In this document: in pieces, positions 49,254 to 58,931 of the stretch
Numbering within the stretch: the first letter of the stretch is position 1
Layout of the letters: every line of letters starts with the position of its first letter
Source of the DNA: an uncultured Bacteroidales bacterium
GTDB taxonomy: Bacteria > Bacteroidota > Bacteroidia > Bacteroidales > UBA11471
Direction: 5' to 3'
Assembly (NCBI GenBank): GCA_947589325.1
Contig: CANQAM010000010.1
Location: forward strand, 337-64,336
Length of the DNA: 64,000 nucleotides
The notes under the pieces: generated by a model
Database searches by the model: none
Seen by the model: the letters and a program-made list of their open reading frames with translations, nothing else
Told to the model about the DNA's origin: nothing
Position numbers and translations under genes: made by a program

Positions 49254-50147
49254 TCAGCGGCGGGTGCGGTATTCTTTGGGGCTTTCGCCCGTGTATTTTT
49301 TGAACAGACGGCTCAGGTGGTGCGGGTATTTGAATCCGAGTGCATACGCCACTTCGCTCACCGACTTGTCGTGTGCCACGAGCATCTCTTTCGCTTTTTC
49401 GATGATGACGTTCTGTATGTGCTCCTGCGCCGATATGCCCGTCTCCTTTTTTATCAGGTCGCCGAAATAGTTGGGAGAGAGGTTCAGTTGATTGGCGCAC
49501 CATGCGACCGACGGCAGTCCCTGCTGTCGGGTTTCTTCTGCGAAATAGCTGCGTAGCAGCCCTTCGAAGCGGGTGAGTATGTCGCGGTTGAGCACTTTGC
49601 GGTTGTCGAATTGCCGGTCGTAGAAGCGCAGGCAGTGGTTCAGCAGCACTTCGATATTGGCGATGACGATTTTTCGGGAGTGGCGGTCAGCCGGCTGTTT
49701 CAGTTCGTCGCGGATACTCACCAGCAGGTTCCGGACAATCGTTCGTTCCTCTTCCGACACGTGCAGCGCCTCGTTCGATTCGTAGGAGAAGAAAGAGTAG
49801 TCGGCAATCTGCCGTGCGAGTGAAGTGCCCCGCAGCAGGTCGGGGTGAAACATCAGAATCCAGCCCTGCGGGTGGCGCGATACGCCGCCGTCGTCGATGC
49901 CTGCCACCTGTCCGGGTGCTATGAACACGAGCGTCCCCGCTTCGTAGTCGTAGCGGTTGCGCCCGTAGAGCAGCGTGCCGCATTCCAACTGTTTGAGGTA
50001 GATGCAGTAAAAGCCGAAATTTTTCAAACCGTGGCTTATCTCTGCGAGCTGCGACATATCGACGACGTTCACGAGCGGGTGCAGCGTTTCCACGCCGAGA
50101 AAGTCGTTATAATCCTTTACCGTATTCAGTTTCACGATTTCACCCAT
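49254..50147 (-). CDS. AraC-family transcriptional regulator
   Basis: CG.LLYGRNRYDYEAGTL sensor domain; LNLSPNYFGDLIKKETG and VAYALGFKYPHHLSRLFKK HTHs; -7 element TATTTTTG at 50168-50175 (minus). Confidence 0.93.
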   Translation of the reverse strand: MGEIVKLNTVKDYNDFLGVETLHPLVNVVDMSQLAEISHGLKNFGFYCIYLKQLECGTLLYGRNRYDYEAGTLVFIAPGQVAGIDDGGVSRHPQGWILMFHPDLLRGTSLARQIADYSFFSYESNEALHVSEEERTIVRNLLVSIRDELKQPADRHSRKIVIANIEVLLNHCLRFYDRQFDNRKVLNRDILTRFEGLLRSYFAEETRQQGLPSVAWCANQLNLSPNYFGDLIKKETGISAQEHIQNVIIEKAKEMLVAHDKSVSEVAYALGFKYPHHLSRLFKKYTGESPKEYRTRR

Positions 50148-50209
50148 GACAATCCTCCTTGTACAGACAAAAATAATGTTTTTTTGTCGAAAGACGGATA
50201 TTTCCGGCT

Positions 50210-50248
50210 GAGAATCTGTAATTTTGGTGCCGAATCAGTAATCGGGGT
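50210..50248 (+). promoter_or_regulatory. Tandem AATC.GTAAT boxes, copy A (candidate AraC site)
   Basis: GAGAATCTGTAATTTTGGTGCCGAATCAGTAATCGGGGT; GTAAT repeats 20 bp apart; closely similar to 57173-57212. Confidence 0.6.
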
Positions 50249-50291
50249 ATTTTCGCCGGAAAAAGTTTTTACAAGATTTTAACACAAAAAA

Positions 50292-50340
50292 TTTGCACGC
50301 GAATATTTTTGCTCTTACTTTTGTCTTAACAAAATTGTTA
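50292..50340 (+). promoter_or_regulatory. tetR operon promoter with a palindromic operator
   Basis: TTTG, 20 nt spacer, TACTTTTG (50316-50323), then TAACAA-AA-TTGTTA (50327-50340) over the expected start site. Confidence 0.7.
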
Positions 50341-50369
50341 GATAAATTTGTTTATAACGATAAAACGCT

Positions 50370-51143
50370 ATGAAACAAACAATTGATGCAAAGAACGACA
50401 AAAGCGAAAGGAAAGACGACCGCCCGATGCCGGACTATGCCGGTGCGCGGACGATGGCGATGGCCGAAGCGGCGGGCGTAACGCACGCCATGCTGCACGA
50501 CTGGCAGATGTCCGATGATAAACGGGAGCCGACGAAAGAGCAGTTGATTTTGGAGGCTGCCGAGCGGGAGTTTCTGCTCAAAGGCTATGACGGCGCACGG
50601 ACGATGGCGATAGCCGAAGCGGCAGGCGTAACGCACGCCATGCTGCACTACTATTTCCGCACGAAAGAGCGGCTGTTCAATTGCATCGTCGATTCCAAGA
50701 TGCAGACGATGGGCAAAATGCTGCTGGCGGCTTTCGGCGACGAGCGGCTGCCGCTGCTCGACCGCATACGCAACGGTGTGGAGCGACATTTCGATTTCGT
50801 TGTCGCCAATCCCGATTTGCCCCGCTTTTTCATCAACGAAATTTACGTTCGCCCCGACCGGTTGAATCTCTTCCGGCACAATATCGAGAAGATAGCCGCG
50901 CCGCTGTTCGCCAAATTGCAGCGGCAGCTCGACGAGTCGGCGGAGCGGGGCGAAACCGAGCGCATCGACGTGCGTATGTTGGTGCTCGACCTTATGTCGG
51001 TGAATATTTTTGTATTCATCGCCTATCCGCTTGTCGAGTCGGTGTTCGGCGATTTTGCCGCCGACCGCGCCCGCTTCCTTGCCCTGCGCAAGGCGGAGAG
51101 TGTGGAGATTATTTTACGAAGGATCAAAAAACATACGATATGA
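50370..51143 (+). CDS. TetR/AcrR-family regulator with a duplicated N-terminal HTH fragment
   Basis: ILEAAEREF..KGYDGART..IAEAAGVTHAMLHYYFRTKE; an alternative start at ATG 50508 would give a normal-length TetR. Confidence 0.9.
   Translation: MKQTIDAKNDKSERKDDRPMPDYAGARTMAMAEAAGVTHAMLHDWQMSDDKREPTKEQLILEAAEREFLLKGYDGARTMAIAEAAGVTHAMLHYYFRTKERLFNCIVDSKMQTMGKMLLAAFGDERLPLLDRIRNGVERHFDFVVANPDLPRFFINEIYVRPDRLNLFRHNIEKIAAPLFAKLQRQLDESAERGETERIDVRMLVLDLMSVNIFVFIAYPLVESVFGDFAADRARFLALRKAESVEIILRRIKKHTI
50435..50648 (+). repeat. 64 bp intragenic direct repeat (50435-50498 and 50585-50648)
   Basis: Both copies encode Y.GARTMA.AEAAGVTHAMLH; 5 mismatches, 3 of them synonymous. Confidence 0.9.
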
Positions 51144-52420
51144 AACGTATATTGGTTTATGGAATAGGCTGGCTCGTGTCGGCAGCGGCGTTTGCGCAGC
51201 CGACGCTCGACGAATGCCGCCGCATGGCGCGGGAGCACTATCCGGAGATACGGCAGTACGACGTGGTAGCCCTCACGGAGGGGTACGACCTGTCGAATGC
51301 TGCTCGCGCGTGGATTCCGCAGGTGTCGCTCTCGGCGCAGGCGACGTGGCAGAACGCCACGGCGAAATTTCCCGACGCCTTGACGGAGATATGGCGGCAA
51401 TCCGGACTGTCGATTCAGGGTGTTGCCAAGACGCAGTACAATGTCGGCATCGAGGTGTCGCAGAACATTTGGGACGGCGGCAAGAGCCGCGCCGACCACC
51501 GCATCGCCAAAACCGATGCCGATGAACAGCGGCGGGCTGCCGATGTCGAACTCTATGCTGTCGAGGGCAGAGTCGATGACCTCTATTTCGGCATTCTGCT
51601 GCTCGACGGCCGGCGGGCGTGCATACGCCTCACCTGCGATTTGCTGCGCAGCAATTTGGAGAAGATGCGCTCGCTCGTGCGCAACGGCGTGGCGATGGCG
51701 TCCGATGCCGATGCCCTCGAAGCGGAGCTGCTCACGGTCGGACAGCAGCTCGCCCAGACGGAAATGGCACGCCAGAGCTATCGGCAGATGCTGGAACTCT
51801 TTATCGGCGAACCGTTGGGCGAGGGCGACCTGCCGCTGCCCGAGGCTGCCGAGCCGCTCGCACGCGACTCGGAACGTCCCGAGCTGGCGATGTTTGCCGC
51901 CCGTTCGTCGGGACTTTCGGCGCGCGAACGGACGATAAAGTCGGCGGCGATGCCGCAGTTCAAACTCTTTGCCGCAGGCTCTTTCGGCTATCCGGGCTAC
52001 GACCTGTTCAAGAGCATGACGTCGCGCGACGGACAGTGGAATTTCATGGCGGGCGTGCGTATGTCGTGGAACTTCGGCGCATTCTATACGCAGAAAAACA
52101 ATCTCGAAAAGTTGCAGGCGGCACGGCAGGCGGTGGATATACAGCGCGATATATTCCTCTTTAACAACGAATTGCAATTGACGCGCGAGCAGGGCGAGAT
52201 AACCCGCTTGCGCAGAATCATTGCCGACGACGGTCGGATAGTCGCCTTGCGCCGCTCGGTGCGCGAGGCGGCGGAGTCGAAATTGCGCAACGGCGTCATC
52301 GACACCGATGAACTGCTGCAAAAAATTACCGACGAAACCACTGCCGCCATTTCGCGCACCACGCACGAAATAGAACTGTTGAAAACGATTTGTGAACTGA
52401 AACATACGATAAACAGATAG
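51140..52420 (+). CDS. TolC family outer-membrane protein
   Basis: Signal peptide MKRILVYG...AFA; AWIPQVSLSAQATWQ; OEP repeats; ATGA overlap with tetR. Confidence 0.88.
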   Translation: MKRILVYGIGWLVSAAAFAQPTLDECRRMAREHYPEIRQYDVVALTEGYDLSNAARAWIPQVSLSAQATWQNATAKFPDALTEIWRQSGLSIQGVAKTQYNVGIEVSQNIWDGGKSRADHRIAKTDADEQRRAADVELYAVEGRVDDLYFGILLLDGRRACIRLTCDLLRSNLEKMRSLVRNGVAMASDADALEAELLTVGQQLAQTEMARQSYRQMLELFIGEPLGEGDLPLPEAAEPLARDSERPELAMFAARSSGLSARERTIKSAAMPQFKLFAAGSFGYPGYDLFKSMTSRDGQWNFMAGVRMSWNFGAFYTQKNNLEKLQAARQAVDIQRDIFLFNNELQLTREQGEITRLRRIIADDGRIVALRRSVREAAESKLRNGVIDTDELLQKITDETTAAISRTTHEIELLKTICELKHTINR

Positions 52421-52423
52421 ACG

Positions 52424-53311
52424 ATGAAAAAGATGACGATTTACAGCGCACTCTTGCTGGTGGCAGCGGGGTGCGGCAGCCGCGACGATTTCGATGCGGC
52501 GGGCACCTTCGAGGCTACGGAGGTGGTCGTGTCGGCAGAAGCCGCCGGACGCATACTCTCGTTCGGCATCGAGGAGGGCGACAACGTGTCGGCCGGCGTA
52601 CAGGTGGGCGCTATCGACAGCGTGCAGCTCTATTTGCAGAAATTGCAGCTGGAGCGGCAGGAGGCGTCGGTGCGCAGCAGCCGTCCCGACATAACGAAAC
52701 AGATTGCCTCGCTGCGCGAACAGATTGCCAAACAGCAAACCGAACTCCGCCGTGTGGAAAACCTGCTGAAAGACGGCGCGGCGACGACCAAACAGCGCGA
52801 CGACACCGAAGCGCAGCTGAAAATTCTCGACGGACAGCTGGAAGCCCTGCTTTCGACCCTGCACAACAATACGGCGGCTATCGACGAAAATTCTTCCGCC
52901 ATACAGTTGCAGATAGCCCAAGTCGAAGACCGGCTGGCAAAATGCCGCATCGCCTCGCCCGTTTCGGGTACCGTGCTGGCGAAATATGCCGAAGCGGGAG
53001 AACTGGCGTCGGTGGGTCGTCCGCTGATGAAGGTCGCCGACATGGAGCATATTTTCCTGCGGGCGTATTTTACCTCCGACCAACTCGCTGCGCTGCGGCT
53101 CGGACAGCCGGTAACGGTTACCGCCGACTTCGGCGGCGGGGAGCGTTTCGATTACGAGGGGCGCATCGTGTGGATAGCCTCCGAGAGCGAATTTACTCCC
53201 AAGACCATACAGACGCGCGACTCGCGGGCGAATCTGGTGTATGCCGTGAAAATTGCCGTCGAAAACGACGGCCGGTTGAAAATCGGCTTGTACGGCGAAG
53301 TGAAATTGTAA
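52424..53311 (+). CDS. HlyD family efflux adaptor (lipoprotein)
   Basis: Lipobox AAGC; GTFEATEV.VSAE, SPVSGTVL, SESEFTPKTIQT, LKIGLYGEV. Confidence 0.9.
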   Translation: MKKMTIYSALLLVAAGCGSRDDFDAAGTFEATEVVVSAEAAGRILSFGIEEGDNVSAGVQVGAIDSVQLYLQKLQLERQEASVRSSRPDITKQIASLREQIAKQQTELRRVENLLKDGAATTKQRDDTEAQLKILDGQLEALLSTLHNNTAAIDENSSAIQLQIAQVEDRLAKCRIASPVSGTVLAKYAEAGELASVGRPLMKVADMEHIFLRAYFTSDQLAALRLGQPVTVTADFGGGERFDYEGRIVWIASESEFTPKTIQTRDSRANLVYAVKIAVENDGRLKIGLYGEVKL

Positions 53312-53315
53312 CGCG

Positions 53316-54233
53316 ATGAACGCACGGTATGCCATAGAAATCGACGGATTGACAAAGCGTTACGGCAGCATGACGGCGCTCGACCGCGTATCGTTTCGGG
53401 TGGAGCGCGGCGAACTGTTCGGACTGATAGGTCCCGACGGCGCCGGCAAGACGACGCTTTTCCGCTTGCTGACGACGCTGATGAATCCCGACGAGGGTAC
53501 GGCGGCGGTGGACGGACTCGATTGCGTCGCCTCCTATCGACAGATACGCAGCCGCGTCGGTTATATGCCCGGACGCTTTTCGCTCTATGCCGACCTGTCG
53601 GTGGAGGAGAACCTCGCTTTCTTTGCCGCCCTGTTCGGCGTGCGGGTTGCCGACAACTACGACCTGATAGCGCCGATTTACAGGCAGATAGAGCCTTTCC
53701 GCACCCGTCGGGCGGGCAAACTCTCGGGTGGCATGAAACAGAAACTCGCCTTGTGCTGCGCCTTGATACACCGCCCCTCCGTCCTCTTTTTGGACGAACC
53801 GACAACGGGCGTTGATGCCGTGTCGCGCAGCGAGTTTTGGGATATGCTTGCCGAGCTGAAAGCCAAAGAGATTTCAATTTTGGTTTCCACGCCCTATATG
53901 GACGAAGCCGACCGCTGCGACCGCATCGCCCTGATAAACGAAGGGCATTTGCTTGCCGTCGATTCGCCGCGCGGCATCGTGTCGGCTTACGGAGAACGGA
54001 TTTACACCCTGTCGGGCGGCGATATGTACGCCCTGCTGCTGGCGGCGCGCCGGCTGCCCCATGTACGGCGGTGCTGTCCTTTCGGCGCGGCGCACCACCT
54101 TTCAGTCGATGCGGATTTCGACGCAGCTGCCTGCCGTCGGCAGCTGATGGACGAGGGGTTCGCCGATGTTGCATTGCAACCGGCGGAGAGCGGCATCGAA
54201 GATGTTTTCATAAAACTGATGAACCATGAATGA
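53316..54233 (+). CDS. ABC transporter ATP-binding protein
   Basis: GPDGAGKT, LSGGMKQK, LDEPTTG. Confidence 0.93.
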   Translation: MNARYAIEIDGLTKRYGSMTALDRVSFRVERGELFGLIGPDGAGKTTLFRLLTTLMNPDEGTAAVDGLDCVASYRQIRSRVGYMPGRFSLYADLSVEENLAFFAALFGVRVADNYDLIAPIYRQIEPFRTRRAGKLSGGMKQKLALCCALIHRPSVLFLDEPTTGVDAVSRSEFWDMLAELKAKEISILVSTPYMDEADRCDRIALINEGHLLAVDSPRGIVSAYGERIYTLSGGDMYALLLAARRLPHVRRCCPFGAAHHLSVDADFDAAACRRQLMDEGFADVALQPAESGIEDVFIKLMNHE

Positions 54234-54966
54234 AACGGTTATATCGGTACGGAATTTGACCAAATGCTTCGGCAACTTTCGGGCGGTGGACGGCATCACT
54301 TTCGATGTCGGACGCGGCGAGATATTCGGCTTTTTGGGCGCGAACGGCGCAGGGAAAACCACCGCCATGCGCATGTTGTGCGGATTGAGCTGTCCGACCT
54401 CCGGCAGCGGCACGGTGGCAGGCTTCGACGTGCTGCGGGAAGGCGAGCGCATCAAACGGCATATCGGCTATATGAGCCAGCGCTTTTCGCTTTACGACGA
54501 CTTGACGGTGTTGGAGAATATCCGCCTCTATGCCGGAATTTACGGATTGTCGCACCGGCAGACCCTACGCCGCACGGCAGAGCTGTTTGCGCGGCTCGAC
54601 TTCCGGAAGGAGCGCAGCCAGTTGGTGGGAGCGCTGCCGCTCGGATACAAACAAAAGCTCGCTTTTTCGGTGGCGACGCTGCACAGCCCCGAAATCGTTT
54701 TTCTCGACGAACCTACCGGCGGTGTCGATCCGCTGACGCGCCGGCAGTTTTGGGAGTTGATTTACGAAACGGCGGCTGCGGGTACGACCGTATTCGTTAC
54801 CACGCACTATATGGACGAGGCGGAGTATTGTTCGCGTGTCTCCGTCATGGTGGACGGACAGATACGCGCCCTCGACACGCCTGCCGCCCTCAAACGCCGC
54901 TTCTGCGCGGAATCGATGGACGAAGTGTTCCGCCTCTTGGCGCGCGAGGCAAAACGGGGAGATTGA
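54226..54966 (+). CDS. ABC transporter ATP-binding protein
   Basis: GANGAGKT, LPLGYKQK, LDEPTGG, TTHYMDEAE. Confidence 0.93.
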   Translation: MNETVISVRNLTKCFGNFRAVDGITFDVGRGEIFGFLGANGAGKTTAMRMLCGLSCPTSGSGTVAGFDVLREGERIKRHIGYMSQRFSLYDDLTVLENIRLYAGIYGLSHRQTLRRTAELFARLDFRKERSQLVGALPLGYKQKLAFSVATLHSPEIVFLDEPTGGVDPLTRRQFWELIYETAAAGTTVFVTTHYMDEAEYCSRVSVMVDGQIRALDTPAALKRRFCAESMDEVFRLLAREAKRGD

Positions 54967-54970
54967 AAAA

Positions 54971-56053
54971 ATGGGAAATTTCGGTTCATTTATAGAAAAG
55001 GAAACGCTGCATATTTTGCGCGACAGACGCACGATGCTGGTCGTGCTGCTGATTCCCGTCGTGTTGATGACGCTGTTCGGATTCGCCATTTCCACCGAAA
55101 TCAACAACATCGATGTGGCTGTCGTGGCGCCGCACCGCACCGAAAGCGTGCGGCAGGCGGTGGAGCGTATGGCTTCCAATCCGTATTGTACGTTCAAAGG
55201 CTACATACCCTCCGACGAAATCGATAGGGTGCTGCGCAGGGGCGAAGCGGCGGCTGTTGCCGTGTTTGCTGCCGACTATGACCGTATCGCCGCTATGCCG
55301 GCGCCTGCCGAGCCGGCGGTGCAGTTGATTTTCGATGCTTCGAATACCAACACGGCGATGTCGGGCGCCGCTTATCTGCAAAGCATCTTGACCGGCGCTT
55401 CGACGCAGGCGTCGCCCGTCGAAATGCGTCTGCTTTACAATCCGCAGATGCGGAGCGCCTATAATTTCGTGCCGGGTATCATGGGCATGATATTCATTTT
55501 GATTTGCGCTTTGATGACTTCCGTTTCCATTGTCCGCGAAAAAGAGAACGGCACGATGGAGGTGCTACTCGTTTCGCCCGTGCGCCCCATGCGCATCGTC
55601 CTTGCCAAACTCGTTCCCTATTTCATGCTTTCGTGCATCAATCTGGCGACCATACTCCTGCTTGCCGCTTACGCTTTGGACGTGCCGCTGTCGGGCAGTG
55701 CGGGAGCCATCATTGCCGTTTCGCTGCTTTATTTGGTGCTTGCGCTGGCGCTCGGGCTGCTTATTTCCACCATTGCCGAGAAGCAGATTGTCGCTCTTAT
55801 CATTTCGGCGATGCTGCTGATGATGCCCATCGTGATGCTGTCGGGCATGCTCTTTCCGGTGGAGAATATGCCTGCCGTGCTGCAAGCCATTTCCTGCATC
55901 GTTCCCGCACGGTGGTATATTGAAGCCATACGGAAGTTGATGATCGAGGGACTGCCTTTCGCTGCCGTGTGGCGCGAAGTGCTTATCCTGCTGGCGATGA
56001 CCGTCGTGTTCATCGTCGTTTCCGTCAAGAAGTTTAACGATAAACTCGAATAG
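54971..56053 (+). CDS. ABC-2 type permease (YbhS-like)
   Basis: KETLHILRD, YNPQM.SAYNFVPG, VREKENGTME, LSGMLFP. Start set at MGNFGSF. Confidence 0.9.
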   Translation: MGNFGSFIEKETLHILRDRRTMLVVLLIPVVLMTLFGFAISTEINNIDVAVVAPHRTESVRQAVERMASNPYCTFKGYIPSDEIDRVLRRGEAAAVAVFAADYDRIAAMPAPAEPAVQLIFDASNTNTAMSGAAYLQSILTGASTQASPVEMRLLYNPQMRSAYNFVPGIMGMIFILICALMTSVSIVREKENGTMEVLLVSPVRPMRIVLAKLVPYFMLSCINLATILLLAAYALDVPLSGSAGAIIAVSLLYLVLALALGLLISTIAEKQIVALIISAMLLMMPIVMLSGMLFPVENMPAVLQAISCIVPARWYIEAIRKLMIEGLPFAAVWREVLILLAMTVVFIVVSVKKFNDKLE

Positions 56054-56055
56054 CG

Positions 56056-57159
56056 ATGCGCACCCTTTCCGTTCTTCTGCAAAAAGAGTTTCGCCAGCTG
56101 TCGCGAAACAAGTTCGTACCGAAAGTCATCGTACTCTTTCCGATTATGGTGATGTTGGTCATTCCGTGGGTAACGACGATGGACGTGCGGAATGTCGGCG
56201 TTACGGTGGTGGACGACGACCGCTCGACGCTCTCGCGGCGCCTTGTCGATAACATCGATGCTTCGGAATACTTGTCGGTGATAGCCGTGTGCGACGATTA
56301 TGCGGCGGCGCTTGCCCTCCTCGAAGCCGGTGAAACAGATGCCATTCTCGAAATTCCGGACGATTGCGAAAGCTCTCTTTTAGAAGGGCGTTTGAAGAAA
56401 ATGAACATTTCAGCCAACGGCGTAAACGCCATGAAAGGCTCGCTGGGCAGCCGCTATCTCATGGGCGCCATTGCCCAGACGCTGGCGGAGGTGCAGGCGG
56501 AAAAAGGTCTGCCGGCATCGGTCGAGCCGACGGTGGTGCGCAACTTCTACAACCCGACACTCGAATACCGCAACTACATGGTGCCCGCGTTGATGATTAT
56601 GCTGCTGGTTATGATTTGCGGATTCCTGCCCGCACTCAATTTAGTCGGCGAAAAAGAAACGGGTACTATCGAGCAGATAAATGTTACGCCGGTAGGCAGA
56701 TTCACGTTCACGCTGGCGAAGCTGATACCGTTTTGGCTCGTGGGGCTGGTGGTGCTGTCGATAGCCATGCTGTTGGCGTGGGGCGTTTATGCGCTGTCGC
56801 CGGCGGGTTCGGTTGCCGGCATATACGCGGCAGCCCTGCTGTTCGTTTTCACGATGTCGGGGCTGGGCGTGGCGATAGCCAACAAGTCCGACACGATGCA
56901 GCAGGCGATGTTCGTCATGTTTTTCATCGTGATAATCTTTATTTTGATGAGCGGACTGCTGACGCCGATAGATTCGATGCCCGCATGGGCGCAGAAGATA
57001 ACCCTCTTTTTGCCGCCCCGTTATTTCATCGAAATCATGCGGTCGATATACCTGAAAGGCGCGACCTTCGGCGACCTGTGGCACGATTTTGCCGCACTGG
57101 GAGTCTTTGCCGTCGTTTTCGACCTGATTGCCGTCGCCGCCTACAAAAAGCGGTCGTGA
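56056..57159 (+). CDS. ABC-2 type permease (YbhR-like)
   Basis: KEFRQL, YNPTLEY.NYMVP, EKETGTIEQINVTP, SGLLTPI.SMP.WAQ. Confidence 0.9.
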   Translation: MRTLSVLLQKEFRQLSRNKFVPKVIVLFPIMVMLVIPWVTTMDVRNVGVTVVDDDRSTLSRRLVDNIDASEYLSVIAVCDDYAAALALLEAGETDAILEIPDDCESSLLEGRLKKMNISANGVNAMKGSLGSRYLMGAIAQTLAEVQAEKGLPASVEPTVVRNFYNPTLEYRNYMVPALMIMLLVMICGFLPALNLVGEKETGTIEQINVTPVGRFTFTLAKLIPFWLVGLVVLSIAMLLAWGVYALSPAGSVAGIYAAALLFVFTMSGLGVAIANKSDTMQQAMFVMFFIVIIFILMSGLLTPIDSMPAWAQKITLFLPPRYFIEIMRSIYLKGATFGDLWHDFAALGVFAVVFDLIAVAAYKKRS

Positions 57160-57172
57160 GATTTTGGAAAGC

Positions 57173-57245
57173 GAGAATCCGTAATTCGGGTATGCAATTC
57201 GGTAATCGGGGTGCTTTTCGGAACAGAGATTTTTCACTATCTTTG
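57173..57245 (+). promoter_or_regulatory. Tandem AATC.GTAAT boxes, copy B, upstream of a -7 element
   Basis: GAGAATCCGTAATTCGGGTATGCAATTCGGTAATCGGGGT (57173-57212); TATCTTTG at 57238-57245; no canonical -33 element, which fits an activated promoter. Confidence 0.65.
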
Positions 57246-57265
57246 GGGATTCAAAAAAAGAGGAC

Positions 57266-57808
57266 ATGAGCAAAAAAGTATTGATACTCTCATCGAGTCC
57301 GCGTAAGGGCGGAAACTCGGACACCTTGTGCGATGAATTTTTGCGCGGTGCCGCAGAGGCGGGAAACGAAGTCGAAAAAATCTTTTTGGGCGACAAGACC
57401 GTGCATTATTGCACGGGGTGCAGCACGTGCAGCTATCTGCAAAAGCCCTGTCCGCAAAAAGACGATGCCGCCGAAATCATCGAAAAAATGGTGGCAGCCG
57501 ACGTCATCGTCATGGCGACGCCGGTCTATTTCTATACCATGAGTGCGCAGATGAAGACGCTCATCGACCGCTGCTGCGGCCGCTATACGGAGATGAACGG
57601 CAAGGAGTTTTATTTCATCGTAACGGCTGCCGAAACCGAAAAGAATTTGATGTTGCGCACCATCGATACCTTTCAAGGCTTCCTCGACTGTTTGGAAAAT
57701 CCCGTTGTCAAAGGCACCGTATTCGGCTTGGGCGTATGGCACAAAGGCGAAATACAGGGCAATCCCGCCATGCGCGAAGCCTATGAAATGGGCTTGCAGG
57801 TGCGTTGA
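57266..57808 (+). CDS. Flavodoxin-like iron-sulfur flavoprotein (NADPH-dependent FMN reductase family)
   Basis: SSPRKGGNS, CTGCSTC.....CPQKDD, ATPVYFY...AQMKTLIDR. Confidence 0.85.
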   Translation: MSKKVLILSSSPRKGGNSDTLCDEFLRGAAEAGNEVEKIFLGDKTVHYCTGCSTCSYLQKPCPQKDDAAEIIEKMVAADVIVMATPVYFYTMSAQMKTLIDRCCGRYTEMNGKEFYFIVTAAETEKNLMLRTIDTFQGFLDCLENPVVKGTVFGLGVWHKGEIQGNPAMREAYEMGLQVR

Positions 57809-57844
57809 TGCGCCCGATAGAAAACGGTAAAAAACAAAAAAAAA

Positions 57845-58909
57845 ATGAAAAGCATAAAAATTTTTCTTCCGGCAATGGTTGCGGGTTTGCTGCTCGCGGC
57901 TTGCACGCCGAAAGAATCGTCTAATCAATCGAATACGAATATGGAAAAGCTGTATCTGACACAGAAATGGGACAAGACGTTTCCGCAGAGCGATAAGGTG
58001 AATCACAGTAAAGTAACCTTCAAAAACCGTTACGGCATCACGCTTGCTGCCGACCTCTACGTGCCGAAAAATGCCGCCGGAAAACTCTCGGCAATCGCCG
58101 TGTGCGGACCTTTCGGCGCGGTGAAAGAACAGGCGTCGGGCTTGTATGCGCAGACCATGGCGGAGCGCGGATTTTTGACTATCGCTTTCGACCCCTCCTA
58201 TACGGGCGAGAGCAGCGGCACCCCGCGTTACGTCGCTTCGCCCGACATCAATACCGAAGACTTCTGCGCCGCTGTCGATTACCTCTCGACGCGCGACGAC
58301 GTCGATGCCGAACGGATAGGCATCATCGGCATTTGCGGCTGGGGAGGTATGGCGCTCAATGCCGCCGCCATCGACACCCGCATCAAGGCGGCGGTGGCTT
58401 CGACCATGTACGATATGAGCCGCGTAAGTGCCAACGGCTATTTCGACGCCATGGACGCCGACCAGCGCTACGAACTTCGCAAGCAGCTCAACGCCCAGCG
58501 CACCGCCGACGCCAAGAGCGGCACGTATGCGCTTGCCGGTGGAGTGGTAGACCCGCTCCCCGACGATGCCCCGCAGTTTGTCAAAGATTATTATGCCTAC
58601 TATAAAACGCCGCGCGGCTACCACGAGCGTTCGCTCAACTCCAACAACGGTTGGAACAAGACGTCGGCGCTCTCCTTTATCAATATGCCGATACTGGCGT
58701 ACAGCAACGAGATACGCAGCGCCGTGCTGGTGATTCACGGCGAGAAAGCCCATTCCCGCTATTTCAGCGAAGATGCCTTCAAGAAATTGCAGGGCGACAA
58801 CAAGGAACTGATGATTATTCCGGGCGCAAGCCACACCGACCTCTACGACCGCACCGACATCATTCCTTTCGACAAGATTACCGCTTTCTTCACCGAGTAT
58901 CTGAAATAG
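57845..58909 (+). CDS. Alpha/beta hydrolase (YcjY-like), lipoprotein
   Basis: Lipobox LAAC; GPFGAVKEQ, GICGWGG (Cys nucleophile elbow), ASHTDLYD. Confidence 0.85.
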   Translation: MKSIKIFLPAMVAGLLLAACTPKESSNQSNTNMEKLYLTQKWDKTFPQSDKVNHSKVTFKNRYGITLAADLYVPKNAAGKLSAIAVCGPFGAVKEQASGLYAQTMAERGFLTIAFDPSYTGESSGTPRYVASPDINTEDFCAAVDYLSTRDDVDAERIGIIGICGWGGMALNAAAIDTRIKAAVASTMYDMSRVSANGYFDAMDADQRYELRKQLNAQRTADAKSGTYALAGGVVDPLPDDAPQFVKDYYAYYKTPRGYHERSLNSNNGWNKTSALSFINMPILAYSNEIRSAVLVIHGEKAHSRYFSEDAFKKLQGDNKELMIIPGASHTDLYDRTDIIPFDKITAFFTEYLK

Positions 58910-58931
58910 CGGTTCGGCAGCCGGTTACGCA

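Noticed and set aside
57836-57845. A10 tract as a phase-variation switch
   Set aside because: It lies in the untranslated A-rich initiation region typical of Bacteroidetes, not in a reading frame or promoter spacer.
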